A stretch of 64,000 bases of DNA. Source: an uncultured cyanobacterium (GTDB taxonomy: Bacteria > Cyanobacteriota > Cyanobacteriia > Cyanobacteriales > CAWCAG01). The position numbers and the translations under genes were made by a program. The notes under the pieces are model-generated. The model worked only from the letters and a program-made list of their open reading frames with translations, ran no database searches and was not told the origin of the DNA. The stretch is from contig CAWDOD010000002.1 in the NCBI GenBank assembly GCA_963803805.1, positions 1,344,001 through 1,408,000 of the forward strand, written 5' to 3'. Shown in pieces: positions 62,033 to 64,000 of this stretch. Each line of letters begins with the position of its first letter. Position 1 is the first letter of the stretch.

Positions 62033-63760
62033 TTAGTATTTTCTTTCCTTTGGTTCAAACATATCCACCACCACAGGCATATAATTAAGCTCAATTCCGG
62101 CTGGAGAATAGTAAGCTAAAGTATGCTGTAAGAAGTTGCCATCATCTCTGTTGGGATAATCTTCCCTAGAATGGGCCCCGCGACTCTCTTTACGGTTAAG
62201 GGCGGAAGTAAGAATTGTTTCTCCTACCACCATTAAACTTTTTAACTCCCAAGCTTCAATTAATTCGGTATTCCAACAACTATCCTGGTCATCAAGGTAA
62301 ACATCTTGGTATTGCTGTTGCAACTCCTTCAACTTCCTCAAACCTGCTTCCATAGTTGCTTCGGTACGGAACACCCCACAATATTCGCTCATACAATCCT
62401 GGAATGCCTGTCGCAATGCCCCAATACGCATAGTCCCTTTTTGCTCAAAAAGACTTTGGAGACTCTGCTGTGCCTCTTCTAGATATCTCTGCTCTTCAAT
62501 TTCGGGTAGTTTGCGTCCTTGTACATAATTGGCGATCGCCCCCCCAGTTCTTTTACCATAAACTATGCACTCCAATAAAGAATTACTACCCAAACGGTTA
62601 GCCCCATGTACAGAAACGCAAGCGCATTCTCCGGCAGCGAAGAAACCTTCTGTTAAACTCTCTCCACTCAAACGCACTCTGCCATCAGTGTTGACAGGAA
62701 TACCTCCCATCGAATAATGGGCAGTGGGACGGACTGGCATAGGTTCATTAACCGCATCAACCCCAACTAAACGGTGTGCTTCTTCCCAACAAAAAGGAAC
62801 CCGACTCATAATCTTTTCTTTGCCCATATGGCGCAAATCCAAATGGATAAAAGCTCCCCCCGCACTACCATCTTGATGTATACCTCTTCCGGCACGAATT
62901 TCTAAGGTGATGGCACGAGAAGTAATATCACGGGGGGCAAGTTCCATTTGTTTCGGGGCATAGTTAGCCATAAACCTCTCCCCCTCACTATTTCTTAAAT
63001 AAGCCCCCTCCCCCCTGACAGCTTCGGAAATCAGTACCCCCACAGGATATAAACCGGTAGGGTGGAATTGGACAAATTCCATATCTTCCAAAGGAACCCC
63101 TGCGATCGCAGACATAGCTAAACCATCCCCAGTAGAAGCAAAGTCGTTGGAGGTGGTGTTAAAGACTCTGCCATAACCTCCTGTAGCAAACATGACAGCT
63201 TTGGCACGGAGGACTTGGATTTCTCCATCCAGGAGATGATACATTACTATACCCTTAGCTTCCCCTTCTTCCAAGATTAAGCGCATCACATACCATTCTT
63301 CATAAACCTTGACTTGGTTGCGACGCAGGTTGTTAACTAATTCATGAAGGATGGCATGACCAGTTTTATCGGCAGCATAACAAGTACGTTTGTGGGAATG
63401 ACCACCAAAAGCTCGTTGGGCAATGCGACCATCTTCTAGGCGAGAAAATAGCACTCCCATATGTTCTAAGTCTATGACGACATCGGGGGCTTCTTTGGTT
63501 AAAATGGCTACAGCATCTTGGTCTGCTAAATAGTCAGAACCCTTAACCGTATCAAAAGCGTGTGCCTCCCAACTATCTTCGGGGTCAACATTTTTTAAAC
63601 TAGCAGCCATGCCTCCTTGTGCTGCCACAGAATGGGAACGAATAGGATGGGTTTTGGCAACCAAACCTACATCTAAGTTAGGATCTTGGCGTTTGATTTC
63701 TAAAGCAGCGCGACAGCCTGCTAAACCACCGCCGATGATGATGATATCGTGTTGTTGCAT
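62033..63760 (-). CDS. sdhA: Succinate dehydrogenase/fumarate reductase flavoprotein subunit
   Basis: IIGGGLAG, RSHSVAAQGG (covalent FAD His), QFHPTG, HYSMGG, VHGANRLGSNSL and RKESRGAH. Confidence 0.96.
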   Translation of the reverse strand: MQQHDIIIIGGGLAGCRAALEIKRQDPNLDVGLVAKTHPIRSHSVAAQGGMAASLKNVDPEDSWEAHAFDTVKGSDYLADQDAVAILTKEAPDVVIDLEHMGVLFSRLEDGRIAQRAFGGHSHKRTCYAADKTGHAILHELVNNLRRNQVKVYEEWYVMRLILEEGEAKGIVMYHLLDGEIQVLRAKAVMFATGGYGRVFNTTSNDFASTGDGLAMSAIAGVPLEDMEFVQFHPTGLYPVGVLISEAVRGEGAYLRNSEGERFMANYAPKQMELAPRDITSRAITLEIRAGRGIHQDGSAGGAFIHLDLRHMGKEKIMSRVPFCWEEAHRLVGVDAVNEPMPVRPTAHYSMGGIPVNTDGRVRLSGESLTEGFFAAGECACVSVHGANRLGSNSLLECIVYGKRTGGAIANYVQGRKLPEIEEQRYLEEAQQSLQSLFEQKGTMRIGALRQAFQDCMSEYCGVFRTEATMEAGLRKLKELQQQYQDVYLDDQDSCWNTELIEAWELKSLMVVGETILTSALNRKESRGAHSREDYPNRDDGNFLQHTLAYYSPAGIELNYMPVVVDMFEPKERKY

Positions 63761-63792
63761 ATCTTTTCAATTATCAGTTATCAATTCAATGA

Positions 63793-63868
63793 TGCCTCTG
63801 GCAACGGTAAGCCGAACAATAATTCAGTTATCAATTAGCAATTATGTCTTCGACAAGGGTAAACCCTA
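63793..63868 (-). repeat. Small dispersed two-hairpin repeats, copy D (63793-63816) and copy E (63845-63868)
   Basis: Reverse complements TTCGGCTTACCGTTGCCAGAGGCA and TAGGGTTTACCCTTGTCGAAGACA, within TTGATAA/CTGATAA heptamers. Confidence 0.65.
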
Positions 63869-64000
63869 CAGCTATCAATGAGCAATATATTAGATGCCTT
63901 AAAAGCCTAGGATTGAATTACATACTAAGTTTAGGAGGATAGGCATCGTTACAAATAAACCAGACCTGATCATAAATGATGACTTGCTCCCAATTACTAC

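Overview
AT-rich cyanobacterial chromosome segment. The evidence is the frequent HIP1 octamer GCGATCGC, heptamer tandem repeats, and nblA, psaM, hli, narM and Fd-GOGAT genes. It looks like a unicellular Chroococcales/Pleurocapsales-type genome, but that is inference. Most of the window is housekeeping: nblA, rbp3, rpiA, narM, sigA, hli, clpR-clpP, argB, psaM, def, ccdA-ccs1, glsF and sdhA, plus regulators and glycosyltransferases. Small conflict/accessory islets are interleaved: (i) a decayed CHAT protease-P-loop gene fused to an IS110 remnant at 15.4-16.8 kb; (ii) an unusual coupled pair of a 260-aa protein and a PIN nuclease at 42.2-43.4 kb, flanked by two damaged genes, which is the best candidate for an undescribed toxin-antitoxin/defence system; (iii) xisI, a VapBC pair and an MmeI-like fused restriction-methyltransferase at 48.8-53.6 kb; (iv) a STAND-type ATPase with eight near-identical 102-bp TPR repeats, followed by PIN and xisI fragments, at 58.7-61.9 kb. 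Features missing from the ORF track are an edge-truncated gene at 1-645, an hli gene with a perfect HLR1 site, a 46-aa membrane microprotein, a structured element behind nblA and a family of 24-25 nt two-hairpin dispersed repeats. No rRNA, tRNA or CRISPR array was recognised. All family calls come from motif recognition by eye, not from database searches.
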